Shown here one piece after another: positions 55,827 through 64,000 of a DNA stretch of 64,000 bases (the stretch's first letter is position 1; each line of letters begins with the position of its first letter). Origin of the DNA: a virus (Duplodnaviria > Heunggongvirae > Uroviricota > Caudoviricetes). The translations under genes and the position numbers were made by a program. A model generated the notes under the pieces. The model ran no database searches. It worked only from the letters and a program-made list of their open reading frames with translations, and had not been told where the DNA came from. The DNA lies in IMG/VR virus record IMGVR_UViG_3300017971_000191; one strand, 5' to 3'.

Positions 55827-56216
55827 TCACCACAGGTTCATTTGAATGACCGGGGGAATAAACGTAAGGGCCAGGTAGTTGACTCCAAGCTGGAGCACCT
55901 GGCTGACGATCAGCACCCACCAGAACCGAACGTACTCCGGCGGAGGCGTCCACCGGGTGTAGTACGGCTCGTTGGGCGGAGGATGCCCGATGCCCACCAG
56001 CTCGCAGTACCGGCTCGCGATAGCCAGCCGGCCGAAGAGGAAGTGGTAAAGGGCGATCACGAGAATCGCCACCCAGTTCCCCGTCAGCAACCAGAAGAAC
56101 GCCTGGTAGATGATCGTGTGGAGCAAGGCGGCGAACCAACTGTTCGTCTTGTTCAGACGCATCCAGTCGTTCTGAAGCAAGAACTCAGGGACGAGATGGC
56201 AAAGTAGTTGACCCAT
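55827..56216 (-). CDS. small polytopic membrane protein
   Basis: Three to four hydrophobic helices. Confidence 0.45.
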   Translation of the reverse strand: MGQLLCHLVPEFLLQNDWMRLNKTNSWFAALLHTIIYQAFFWLLTGNWVAILVIALYHFLFGRLAIASRYCELVGIGHPPPNEPYYTRWTPPPEYVRFWWVLIVSQVLQLGVNYLALTFIPPVIQMNLW

Positions 56217-56569
56217 TATAGGCCTCCGTTCCTACGAGTAGTCCAGCCGCCGTCGTTGCTAGGGTCGCCTTTCCGCCGACCCGTTTTGCGGCCAGGACGG
56301 TTTGTGTACTCCGTCGTCAGGTTGCTCCGCTGGCAGTTCAATGGGTTGCCATCTCTGAAGTAGATGTGAGTGCCGGGGCGGGTGCCCAGGACCTCGCGAT
56401 GCAGGCGGAGAACAACCCAGCGGAAACCGCTGTCCTCCTCACTCCAGATTCTCTCCTTACAGACAACGTAGCCTTGGGACCAGCGCCATGACCTCGCGGC
56501 CAAATAGGCATCCTCCTTGGAAACCAGCGCCTCCCTACCATCAGGAAGCGGTATCCGTACCGCCGCCAT
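56216..56569 (-). CDS. HNH homing-endonuclease-like protein
   Basis: VLRLHREVLGTRPGTHIYFRDGNPLNCQRSNL fits the H-N-N pattern. Confidence 0.45.
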   Translation of the reverse strand: MAAVRIPLPDGREALVSKEDAYLAARSWRWSQGYVVCKERIWSEEDSGFRWVVLRLHREVLGTRPGTHIYFRDGNPLNCQRSNLTTEYTNRPGRKTGRRKGDPSNDGGWTTRRNGGL

Positions 56570-56750
56570 CGCTCTTGATCCTGTCCACAAGAAAGCCGAA
56601 CACCAGCGCCACGGCGACGATGATTCCCAAACTGCGGCCGTCGATCCACCACTTCCCCGTGACCAGCCACAGGGCCAGCAGGTCCTCGACGAGCCCGGCC
56701 AGGACCATCACACCGACGATCTTGGCGTACTTCCATGCGCGCCGCACCAT
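56541..56750 (-). CDS. small two-transmembrane-helix membrane protein
   Basis: 69 aa; hydrophobic. Confidence 0.35.
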   Translation of the reverse strand: MVRRAWKYAKIVGVMVLAGLVEDLLALWLVTGKWWIDGRSLGIIVAVALVFGFLVDRIKSDGGGTDTAS

Positions 56751-56807
56751 TGGCCTGCTCTCTGTTCATGGGATTCCGTTCCTGGTGAGGCTGTATTGTC
56801 CGCCAAA

Positions 56808-57026
56808 TCAGCCGGCGAGGCAACGCCGATCGACCTCCGCTTTGGTCTTGGCTAGTGCGTCCTCTGGAGTTCTGCCCTCCTTGTTGAAGCCAACGATCTT
56901 GCTGTCTTTCTCCTGCTTCGCCCAGCCGCACCACGGCGTTGGATAGGCGGGCGAGCAGGCCATGCGGAAGACGTGGACCTTCCAGCCACGATACTCAATC
57001 TTCTGGGAGTTCGGCAGCGAGTTCAA
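56808..57026 (-). CDS. small hypothetical protein
   Basis: 72-aa ORF. Confidence 0.35.
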   Translation of the reverse strand: MNSLPNSQKIEYRGWKVHVFRMACSPAYPTPWCGWAKQEKDSKIVGFNKEGRTPEDALAKTKAEVDRRCLAG

Positions 57027-57297
57027 AAATCTTCTCCTTCAGATTCTTCAACTTCCGGGGGACGATCTCCGCCATGGGGGCGCCGATGTCGAGATGACCC
57101 TGAAAAGCCGTCTCCAACTGGGCTTCGCCGAGGAAGATCCACTTGTGGAGCGTACCCTCGCAGTTCGGCTTGGGGACGACTCCCTGCTGACAAGCCTCCA
57201 GGTACTTCAGGGTTAGCTTGAAAAGTTCGGAGCAGGCCTTAGCCCGCCTGTCTCTTCTTGCCACGACCTCCTCCGGCGGAAGGTGACGTTCGTCCAC
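56995..57297 (-). CDS. small hypothetical protein
   Basis: 100-aa ORF. Confidence 0.35.
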   Translation of the reverse strand: MDERHLPPEEVVARRDRRAKACSELFKLTLKYLEACQQGVVPKPNCEGTLHKWIFLGEAQLETAFQGHLDIGAPMAEIVPRKLKNLKEKIFELAAELPED

Positions 57298-57472
57298 GCT
57301 TCTTCTCCCTCTGAAGGGCTCGGATGAGCCAGTCGAGATCCTCGAACTTGAACAGCAGCATGTGAACTCGCTCCCGAGAGAGCGGCTTCAACGCCGTGTC
57401 GTACCGCGAGGTCGGAGCAGCGACGAAGACATCCCCGCTACTCTTTTCCCTCCCCACTTCCAGGCCCGCCAT
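57239..57472 (-). CDS. small hypothetical protein
   Basis: 77-aa ORF. Confidence 0.3.
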   Translation of the reverse strand: MAGLEVGREKSSGDVFVAAPTSRYDTALKPLSRERVHMLLFKFEDLDWLIRALQREKKRGRTSPSAGGGRGKKRQAG

Positions 57473-58370
57473 CGACGATACTCCTTTTGATCTTGTCGCT
57501 CAGGTCATCCGTGACCGGTAACGTCCGGTCAGTAGTCTTGCTGTTCGACCGTTGCAGGTCGTCAGCGTCAAAGTCGCAGCGTGCCAGGGCCGCCGTGTGC
57601 CCGATACACTGCCCGGCCGTCCGCTTGGCCGGTGTCTCCTTGCCCGCCTGCATATCACGGCGGATCTCATTGAGGTCGGCACCGCTGCCATAGAGGACCG
57701 GGATCTCCTGCTCGATGAAGTCGACCTTGTCGTCCTTGTCGAGGAAGATGGTGATCCGGCCCGTCATGGCGTCACAGCAGACCTCGCCGTGGCTGATGCG
57801 GATCGCCGAAGGGTTGAAGCCCCAGCAGTAGCCCAGAATGAGGTTGCTGTACGGCGTGCCCTTCAGCTCGGGGAGGATCTTCGTCACCGTGTAGCCGCTG
57901 CTATGGGCCTGGCGGCTCTTGGGCCGCTCGAAGTGGGCGCCGTTGTGCTGGTTGCGGTAGTGGTCGATGTCCCCGGTGGCCTTGCAGTGGGCGATCATCT
58001 CGGAGAGGTCGATCTCCGCGCCCGGGGGGATCTCGTAGGCGTAGAACTCGACCAGGGAGTCCGGGGGCTTGGCCTGGACATTCTCCACAGGATGCTTGCC
58101 GAGGAACTTCGACGGGTCGAACGGCGTAGACCGTCTATGGCCGTAGACCTGCTTCTCAACTTCCGGGGGCATCCGGCAACCGTTCTCGGCGGTCACCTGT
58201 TGCCCTAGATCATGGGCGGCGGCGTGGGCCATCGACGTCGACTCGCCGGCATGGGTCTGCTCGCGAACGATCAGGCCGCCGGGGGTCTTGGTTTCCTCGG
58301 GCCGCACGATCAGGCCGCCCTGCCTCTTGGCCAGTTCCTCCGCTCGCTTCAGTTTCTTAGGGTCCATTTC
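57438..58370 (-). CDS. hypothetical protein with duplicated GGLIVRPEETKTPGGLIVREQ motif
   Basis: ATG (MDPKKLKRAEEL) chosen; the N-terminal extension in the track is rejected. Confidence 0.45.
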   Translation of the reverse strand, partial: EMDPKKLKRAEELAKRQGGLIVRPEETKTPGGLIVREQTHAGESTSMAHAAAHDLGQQVTAENGCRMPPEVEKQVYGHRRSTPFDPSKFLGKHPVENVQAKPPDSLVEFYAYEIPPGAEIDLSEMIAHCKATGDIDHYRNQHNGAHFERPKSRQAHSSGYTVTKILPELKGTPYSNLILGYCWGFNPSAIRISHGEVCCDAMTGRITIFLDKDDKVDFIEQEIPVLYGSGADLNEIRRDMQAGKETPAKRTAGQCIGHTAALARCDFDADDLQRSNSKTTDRTLPVTDDLSDKIKRSIVDGGPGSGEGKE

Positions 58371-58381
58371 CACGCTCCTGG

Positions 58382-59347
58382 TTAGAGCTGCTTGTAGACT
58401 CGGCTCGTAGCTATCCGCTTGACGAACGCTTCCACGCTCAGATGGTCGGTGTCCATCTCCCGCAGGTACTGGTGGGCCGCCTTGATGGCCCCCGGGTCCT
58501 TGACCAGGCTGCTGGCCTGATCCAGGTCGTCCCAGAAGAAGGGATAGGACGCGCCAAGGTAATCCATGGTAGCCGGCAATCGGTTTACCAAACAGGGCGT
58601 CCAGGAACCGATGCAGTCCCCGATGGTCGTGGAGGCGGCCACGTGACGGAAGGAGAGGAACACGATATTGCGGGTGATCATGGCGTCCCACTCCTCGGGT
58701 GAGAGCCTCCGCACGCACGGCGTCGTGCAGCCCAGAGCCCGCAGCCGCCTGGATGTCTGGGGCACGCCGATGACGAACCGCTTTGTCAACCACTCGGGCA
58801 CCTGGAGCCGGTCGAGATGCTGGAACCGCCGCAGCCAGTTGCCCAGCATGACGACCTTCCGCTCCTCGTGCTCCTCGAAGGCCTCCCAGCTCCACTTGGG
58901 AGCCCCGAGGCGGGCCGGTAGCCACGCGCGGCTGACCATGAAGTGAGGGTCCAGACGCCTCTGCTGCTCGTCGCTGAGCACGAACAAGCCGCGGTTGCCG
59001 GGGAGAAACTCCATCTTCCGCCGGATCAGCTCCTCCAAGGCGGACGGCGCCTCCGTGCCGGGCGGCGTGTTGTTGGGCCAGTAGGTCCCCGGAGGCTGGT
59101 GAACGAAGCCGACCCACGGCTCCGGGGGCGTCTTCTTCCAGGGCACGTCGGTCTCCGCTTTCCGCCGGAAGACGACATAGTCGTCCAACGAAGTGAGCAG
59201 CGTTACTCCGTCCTTGTTGTGAAGCTGCTCAACCGTCGCCGTAATAGCCTGGGGCCAACCGTACCGGTGGTGAGGCCAGACGATCGGATCGGCGATGCGT
59301 ACGCGGCGTGGATACATGTCAGAGTGCTCGGGCGGGGTTGCCGACAA
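58382..59347 (-). CDS. hypothetical protein (glycan-cluster member, unknown fold)
   Basis: 321-aa ORF. Confidence 0.45.
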   Translation of the reverse strand: MSATPPEHSDMYPRRVRIADPIVWPHHRYGWPQAITATVEQLHNKDGVTLLTSLDDYVVFRRKAETDVPWKKTPPEPWVGFVHQPPGTYWPNNTPPGTEAPSALEELIRRKMEFLPGNRGLFVLSDEQQRRLDPHFMVSRAWLPARLGAPKWSWEAFEEHEERKVVMLGNWLRRFQHLDRLQVPEWLTKRFVIGVPQTSRRLRALGCTTPCVRRLSPEEWDAMITRNIVFLSFRHVAASTTIGDCIGSWTPCLVNRLPATMDYLGASYPFFWDDLDQASSLVKDPGAIKAAHQYLREMDTDHLSVEAFVKRIATSRVYKQL

Positions 59348-59972
59348 CGACCTGACGATACTCGGTGCTCTTGAGGACGACGGCGCCCATGCCGACGACG
59401 GAGTAGCGGCCGAGGCGGACGTACTCCTTGGTGGCGGCGTTGGTGCCCACGAAGACGCCCTCGCCGACGTCGTTGTTGGCGCCGATGGCGGCGTTGTTGG
59501 CCAGGGTCACGTAGTCGTGGACGATCGTGTCGTGGCCGACGAAGGCGTGGCCCAGGACATGGACGCACTTGCCGATGGTCACATCGGGGCCGAGCTGGGC
59601 GTGGGGGCCGATCAGACAGCCGCGACCGAGACCCACCGCCCCTTGCGGAATGGAGGCCGTCCTGTCGACGCAGCCCACCAGGCGATCGTCGGGGATCTCC
59701 AGCGACTTGATGAAGTCGACCTGCTTCTTGCGGTCGGGGATGCCCACGTAGGCCACGAAGAAGTATGTCTCCCGGTCCCGCTTCAGATGCTCCCGGACGT
59801 CTTCGCTGCGGCCGAGCACGGGGACCTTGAACTGGTGCTTGCCGATCCAGGTGCCCGGCTTCTCGTTGTCATTGAGGAAGCCGAGGAGTTCGTCACCCAC
59901 CTCGGCCTGCTGCTTGAAGATGTAGGCGGCGATCATTCCGATCCCACTACCGCCCAGAATCAGCACTTTCAT
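59319..59972 (-). CDS. sugar N-acetyltransferase, NeuD/PglD-like (left-handed beta-helix with an N-terminal Rossmann-like domain)
   Basis: MKVLILGGSGIG N-terminus, followed by hexapeptide repeats (IGKCVHVLGHAFVGHDTIVHDYVTLANNAAIGANNDVGEG...). Confidence 0.55.
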   Translation of the reverse strand: MKVLILGGSGIGMIAAYIFKQQAEVGDELLGFLNDNEKPGTWIGKHQFKVPVLGRSEDVREHLKRDRETYFFVAYVGIPDRKKQVDFIKSLEIPDDRLVGCVDRTASIPQGAVGLGRGCLIGPHAQLGPDVTIGKCVHVLGHAFVGHDTIVHDYVTLANNAAIGANNDVGEGVFVGTNAATKEYVRLGRYSVVGMGAVVLKSTEYRQVVVGNPARAL

Positions 59973-60441
59973 CGGGAACTCCACGTTTGGGAATGAGAAC
60001 CTCGCGAACGAACTCCAGCACCTGCGTTTCATCCTGGTTGTGGGTCACCGTCTTCACGACAATGATCCCCCGGTCCGGCTTCTTGCAGTCGCGCACGCCG
60101 CGGATGATGCTCGCCGAGCGTAGCGTGTCGCCGATGAACACCGGGGCCTGATGGCTAATGTGGTCGAAGCACAGGTTGGCAATCGCCGTGAGGGAGATGT
60201 CGCGGACCGACTGCCCCACGGCCAGGCTCAAGACCAGCGTGCCGGGCACGAGGATCTTGCCGTGCTGGGACGCCTCGGCAAAGGTGGCGTCGATGTGCAA
60301 TGGATGATGGTTCATCGTGATCAACGAGAACAGATGACACTCCGCCTCGGTGATCGTCTTGCCGGGGAAGTGCCGGTAGATGTGGCCCACCTTGAAGTCT
60401 TCGAGGTAGTTGCCCTCGGGCCGGCGCTTGTCGCTGCGCAT
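59947..60441 (-). CDS. MaoC-like (R)-specific hydratase/dehydratase, hot-dog fold
   Basis: ATG (MRSDKRRPEGNYLEDFKVG...MNHHPLHID). The extension in the track is rejected. Confidence 0.5.
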   Translation of the reverse strand: MRSDKRRPEGNYLEDFKVGHIYRHFPGKTITEAECHLFSLITMNHHPLHIDATFAEASQHGKILVPGTLVLSLAVGQSVRDISLTAIANLCFDHISHQAPVFIGDTLRSASIIRGVRDCKKPDRGIIVVKTVTHNQDETQVLEFVREVLIPKRGVPDESADSGR

Positions 60442-61382
60442 CACTCTCCCTCCTCGTATGGCCAGTTGGGCATCGTCTCGATGTCCCTGCCTTCGCGCTT
60501 GAGGATCTTCTTGTACAGCTCGACCGTTTGACGAGCACGGATCAACGTGGGCGGGGCCACGAAGCGGCCGTCCTCGAAGCTGATACTCCGGTCCGGGTCC
60601 GCCCGGCCGGCACCCTCGACAATCTCCCGGGCCTCGGCCACCTCCTCCTGGGTCGGAGAGAAGGCATGGTTGGCCACGCCGATCTGCCGGGGGTGGAGGA
60701 CCAGCATGCCGGAGAAGCCGATCTCGTAGCTCTGCCTGGCGCGTCGGTAGAGTCCTTCCAGGTTGGTCAGGTCCAAGTAGGGCGTGTCGATCGCCAGGCC
60801 CTTGACGGCCCGACTCGACATGGCCACCAAGGCCCTGGGGACGAACAGTGCCCTTTCGTCCAATGTGCGAGGCGCTTGCAGATCGGCCAGGAAATCCTCG
60901 TGGCCGAAGACCAGCCCAGCCACCCGATGGGAGGAGAGCACGAGGCCGCCGGTGACCATAACTGCTTCGCAGGACTCGACTAAGGGAAACACGCAGAAAG
61001 GCTCCTCGGGAAAACCCGAGGTACACTCCACGTGCTCCATCGACGCATTGAGGTAGCGGACGTCGCGGGCCTCGCGGACCTTGGGCAGGACCAGGCCCGT
61101 CAACTCCCGGCGGATGGACATGGAGACGTCTCCCTCCAGCCGGCCGCTCTCGGCGTCGTTGATGCGGACGAAGACCGGGAAGCCGGCCTCGGCGGCTGCC
61201 GACAGCTTGTCGGGCAGGCTGTCGCGGGCGGCATCCTTCTTCTTCGGCGGTACCGAGTCCTCCAGGTCAAGGACTAAGGCATCTGCCTTGCTCCGCAGAG
61301 CACTCTGGAAGTACCGGTCCACATGGCCCGGTACGAACAGGAGACTACGCAGAAGCAGGTTCTTCGCTTCCTTGGCTTGCAT
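60441..61382 (-). CDS. HpcH/HpaI aldolase / citrate-lyase beta-subunit-like (CitE family) lyase
   Basis: LLFVPGHVDRYFQSALRSKADALVLDLEDSV is the CitE signature region. Confidence 0.5.
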   Translation of the reverse strand: MQAKEAKNLLLRSLLFVPGHVDRYFQSALRSKADALVLDLEDSVPPKKKDAARDSLPDKLSAAAEAGFPVFVRINDAESGRLEGDVSMSIRRELTGLVLPKVREARDVRYLNASMEHVECTSGFPEEPFCVFPLVESCEAVMVTGGLVLSSHRVAGLVFGHEDFLADLQAPRTLDERALFVPRALVAMSSRAVKGLAIDTPYLDLTNLEGLYRRARQSYEIGFSGMLVLHPRQIGVANHAFSPTQEEVAEAREIVEGAGRADPDRSISFEDGRFVAPPTLIRARQTVELYKKILKREGRDIETMPNWPYEEGE

Positions 61383-62457
61383 CGGCTTCTTCCTGGTCGT
61401 GAATGGGTTCGAGGTGCCAGACGAAGGCACTGGGGATCTCCACGCTTATGGGATGCTTCCCGCAGACCATGACGTCGAATTTGGTCTCGTCGACGACTCG
61501 GTAGGGAATCTGCTCCTTGACTCTCTCCCACTCCAGCCAGTCGAGCACGCCCTGGTGGGAGGCATCGTGGAAGAGGAGGAACTCGGGCATCGCGCTGCCG
61601 TGGCGATGCTCGGCAAGAACCTGCGGCGGCACGGCGACGATCTCCCCGATGATCAGGTGGGCGCCGTTGAAGCGGTAGCGGAGATGCTTGAGGAACTCGA
61701 CGACGTTTTCTGCCTTCTTGGCGGCGATCTCGTGGATGAGGAACCACATGGAGATCACGCCGACACCCTCGCCGATCGAAGACAGGTGCCCCTGGAAATG
61801 CTCGGCCCAACCGGCCACGGAGCGAGCATCCGAGGCCACCATGGTGACGTCCCGCCAGGGAAATCTCTTACGGAGACGCTCCCGGGCTCCCTCCAGTGCC
61901 TCGCTCGACAGATCCACGGCGCCGGCCTTGATGCCGGGGTAGCGCTCGATCATCTGGGCAAGGAACGTCCCGTCGCCGCAAGCGATGTCGATAACCCCGT
62001 AAGGCGGCTTCTCCAGCTTGTCGAGCATCTCCATGGCGGCCGGGAAGAACCGCCGGCTGTTGGTCAAGCCACTACCTACGACATTTTCCCAGCGGTTGCA
62101 ACGGGCCCGATCCAGGTCCTGGGTGAGCATCCGGTCCAGGTCCACAGCGAACGAACGGTAGGAGTTAAGCAGTACGAAGGAGCCGAAGCGGCTGAGGACC
62201 TTCCTGCCCAGCTCGGTCACCTCGCAGTCGATGCGCCCGGGATGAGGCTTGTCGACCTTAACCAGCCCCAACGCGACCAGGTAGCGGAAGACAGCCTCCA
62301 GCAGGTCAGGATCGCTGACCTTGAACTCTTCAATCTGGAACGGTCCCTGGAGCATCCGCTTGATCATGCCATGCTTGCCCAGCGTGGCGATTACGGGGCA
62401 GGCAAACAGACCCCGCATCAAAGAGATCAACTCCTCCCTGGGATTCAGCTCCGCCAT
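61345..62457 (-). CDS. SAM-dependent O-methyltransferase (family-2-like, with an N-terminal dimerisation domain)
   Basis: VIDIACGDGTFL is motif I. Confidence 0.5.
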   Translation of the reverse strand: MAELNPREELISLMRGLFACPVIATLGKHGMIKRMLQGPFQIEEFKVSDPDLLEAVFRYLVALGLVKVDKPHPGRIDCEVTELGRKVLSRFGSFVLLNSYRSFAVDLDRMLTQDLDRARCNRWENVVGSGLTNSRRFFPAAMEMLDKLEKPPYGVIDIACGDGTFLAQMIERYPGIKAGAVDLSSEALEGARERLRKRFPWRDVTMVASDARSVAGWAEHFQGHLSSIGEGVGVISMWFLIHEIAAKKAENVVEFLKHLRYRFNGAHLIIGEIVAVPPQVLAEHRHGSAMPEFLLFHDASHQGVLDWLEWERVKEQIPYRVVDETKFDVMVCGKHPISVEIPSAFVWHLEPIHDQEEADASQGSEEPASA

Positions 62458-62460
62458 GAC

Positions 62461-63579
62461 TCATTCCTTCATTGTGCGGAACGCGGCGATGAGATAGCAG
62501 ATCTCCAGCACCTCGTCCCTCGTAAGCGATGTAAACATCGGCAGCACCAGGATGCGCTGGGCAACGGACGTGGCCAACGGGACGTCGGGTCTCGGGAGCG
62601 ATCTGTAGCACGAGTAGTCGCTGACCAGCGGGTAAAAGTACCGCCGCGAGGCAATTCCCCGTTTCTTGAGGAAGTTCATCAACGCCGTCCTGTCGTGGCC
62701 GTAGTCTTCCGGGTCCACCAGGATCGGCATGTAAGCGTAGTTGTACTGGATATTCCCCGACAGGGGAGCAGCAAAACTGATCCCGGGGACCTCGGAGAGC
62801 GCCTGCCGATAGAGGTTGTAGAGGGTCTGGCGATGCGAGATGTCGGCCATCAGCCGGCCCAGGTTGCACACACCCATGAGGGCTTCCAGCTCGTTCATCT
62901 TGGCGTTCGTGCCGGGGACGACGACATCCAGGTCGCCCTCGAAGCCGAAGTAGCGGAGCTTCCGTAGCAGATGACCGACAGCTTCCTCGCGATACACCAC
63001 CAGGCCGCCCTCGCCCGCCTGCAAGACTTTGGTACCGTGGAGACTGAAGACGCTGGCATCGCCGAAGCGCCCGATCGGCTTGCCGTCGACGCGGACGCCG
63101 AAAGCCTGGGCTGCATCATAGATCACCTTCAGGTTGTGCTGCTCGGCGATGATCTCCAAGGCTTTCATGTCGCAGGGATGACCGAAAAGGTGGACCGGCA
63201 GGATCGCGCTGGTGAAGGGGGTGATGGCCGCTTCGACGGCCGCCGGATCGAGGTTGAAGTACCCGCCCTCGATGTCGACGAAGACGGGGCGGAGCCCGGC
63301 CGCATGGCAGGCATGCGTGGTGGCCGCGAAGGTGAAGGGCGTGGTGATCACCTCGCCACGCAGATCCATGGCCCGGAGCGTGAGCTGGAGGGCCAGCGTG
63401 CCGTTGGCCAGCAGGCAGAGCTTGTCGGTGTCCAGGTAGGCGGCTAGTGCCGTCTCGAACGACTTCAGCACGGGGCCGTCGTTGGTCACCTGGCCGCGGC
63501 TCCAGATCATCCGGAGCCCGTCGACGTACATCTCGAAGTCCGGCATCGCGGAACGATTGATGGGGATACGTTCAGCCAT
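62461..63579 (-). CDS. DegT/DnrJ/EryC1/StrS-family PLP-dependent sugar aminotransferase
   Basis: FSLHGTKVLQAGEGG is the PLP-lysine region, and the overall length fits. Confidence 0.6.
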   Translation of the reverse strand: MAERIPINRSAMPDFEMYVDGLRMIWSRGQVTNDGPVLKSFETALAAYLDTDKLCLLANGTLALQLTLRAMDLRGEVITTPFTFAATTHACHAAGLRPVFVDIEGGYFNLDPAAVEAAITPFTSAILPVHLFGHPCDMKALEIIAEQHNLKVIYDAAQAFGVRVDGKPIGRFGDASVFSLHGTKVLQAGEGGLVVYREEAVGHLLRKLRYFGFEGDLDVVVPGTNAKMNELEALMGVCNLGRLMADISHRQTLYNLYRQALSEVPGISFAAPLSGNIQYNYAYMPILVDPEDYGHDRTALMNFLKKRGIASRRYFYPLVSDYSCYRSLPRPDVPLATSVAQRILVLPMFTSLTRDEVLEICYLIAAFRTMKE

Positions 63580-64000
63580 GATATTCCAACGGGTAGTCGT
63601 AGTTTCCGAAGTCCTCCCGGGCCCACACGCGGACAAGCCGTTGTGCCTCCGGATTCTTCAGTGGATCGGGCAGGAAATGCTTCACCTGCTGCCCCCAGTT
63701 GGTCTGCCGTAGAGGATGGTTCTCCGTGAGAATGGGGTTGCGATTGCGGAAGGGGATGCTGATCTTCTCCCAGTCCAGCATCGGCAACGCTGCCTGCAAA
63801 TCTGCATGCAAATTCTCGAATTGCAGCACCTGGTCGACCTCCACCCAGCGAGTCCACTCGGTGAGTGTCCGCCAGAAGAAGTCATCCAGTTCCTGTTCGC
63901 GCACCTCGTCCATGAACGTGAGGAAGGTGTACTTGGTCGGGTCGACCTGCAAGGTCTCGGGGTGATACCATTCCTCCCCTTCGACCTGCAACTCCCCGAG
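63572..64000 (-). CDS. hypothetical protein, 5'-truncated by the window edge
   Basis: The ORF continues beyond the window. Confidence 0.35.
   Translation of the reverse strand, partial: LGELQVEGEEWYHPETLQVDPTKYTFLTFMDEVREQELDDFFWRTLTEWTRWVEVDQVLQFENLHADLQAALPMLDWEKISIPFRNRNPILTENHPLRQTNWGQQVKHFLPDPLKNPEAQRLVRVWAREDFGNYDYPLEYHG

Noticed and set aside
55645-56139. ORF 55645..56139 (164 aa)
   Set aside because: It overlaps, out of frame, the more coherent membrane-protein ORF 55827..56216. Its N-terminus is Arg/Pro/Gly-rich junk. Only its last ~45 codons (C-D-C-D-V-C motif) lie in non-overlapped sequence, and they have no convincing start.
1-64000. Integrase, transposase, terminase, DNA polymerase and rRNA
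   Set aside because: No tyrosine or serine recombinase, DDE, Walker-A terminase or polymerase motifs were recognised by eye in any frame. Absence in this window says nothing about the rest of the element.

Overview
The window is GC-rich (~60%+) and densely coding, and nearly every credible gene runs on the minus strand. Neighbouring genes often overlap at ATGA/GTGA start-stop junctions, and many start sites carry a strong AGGAG-type ribosome-binding site. The content looks like a piece of a large virulent-phage-like (jumbo-phage-like) genome or a very large prophage.

Five modules can be read from the sequence:
1. A virion-morphogenesis block at about 5-19 kb, with a putative portal, scaffold-like acidic proteins, a small capsid-like protein and a decoration-like protein.
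2. A divergent multisubunit RNA polymerase. One 1480-aa ORF fuses a compact beta subunit to the N-terminal half of beta-prime, including the NADFDGD catalytic motif. A separate 1346-aa ORF carries beta-prime regions F-H plus a roughly 800-aa low-complexity extension. Six small genes lie between the two.
3. A nucleotide/RNA-metabolism block: a ribonucleotide reductase of probable class II, a MazG-like protein, methyltransferases, a HAD-phosphatase-domain protein, a 2H phosphoesterase, and a bona fide csrA on the opposite strand.
4. A putative lysis/membrane and regulator block, including a LuxR-type helix-turn-helix protein.
5. A roughly 15-kb sugar-modification cluster at 48.9-64 kb. Together the enzymes resemble a nonulosonic-acid-type or decorated-glycan pathway: GT2 and GT-D glycosyltransferases, a cytidylyltransferase-like enzyme, a sulfotransferase, an NAD-dependent 4,6-dehydratase-like enzyme, a NeuD/PglD-type acetyltransferase, a DegT-family aminotransferase, an O-methyltransferase, a MaoC dehydratase and a CitE-like lyase.

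The main unexplained signals are:
- Two exported (Tat-signal) chimeric proteins each carry a different duplicated segment of the capsid-like gene.
- An exact 20-23-nt AT-rich palindrome, CTCAAAAGCGGTTTTGAGGAG, recurs both between genes and in frame inside genes.
- A tRNA-like element with an aberrant anticodon arm sits next to a terminator hairpin in the only large intergenic gap.
- A cluster of TGTCCGG operator-like repeats lies in one intergenic region.
- Eight or more predicted exported proteins occur in a virus-like region.

No rRNA, CRISPR array, integrase or transposase was recognised. All coordinates were derived by hand from the ORF track and may be off by 1-3 nt. All functional calls are motif-level recognitions, not database searches.
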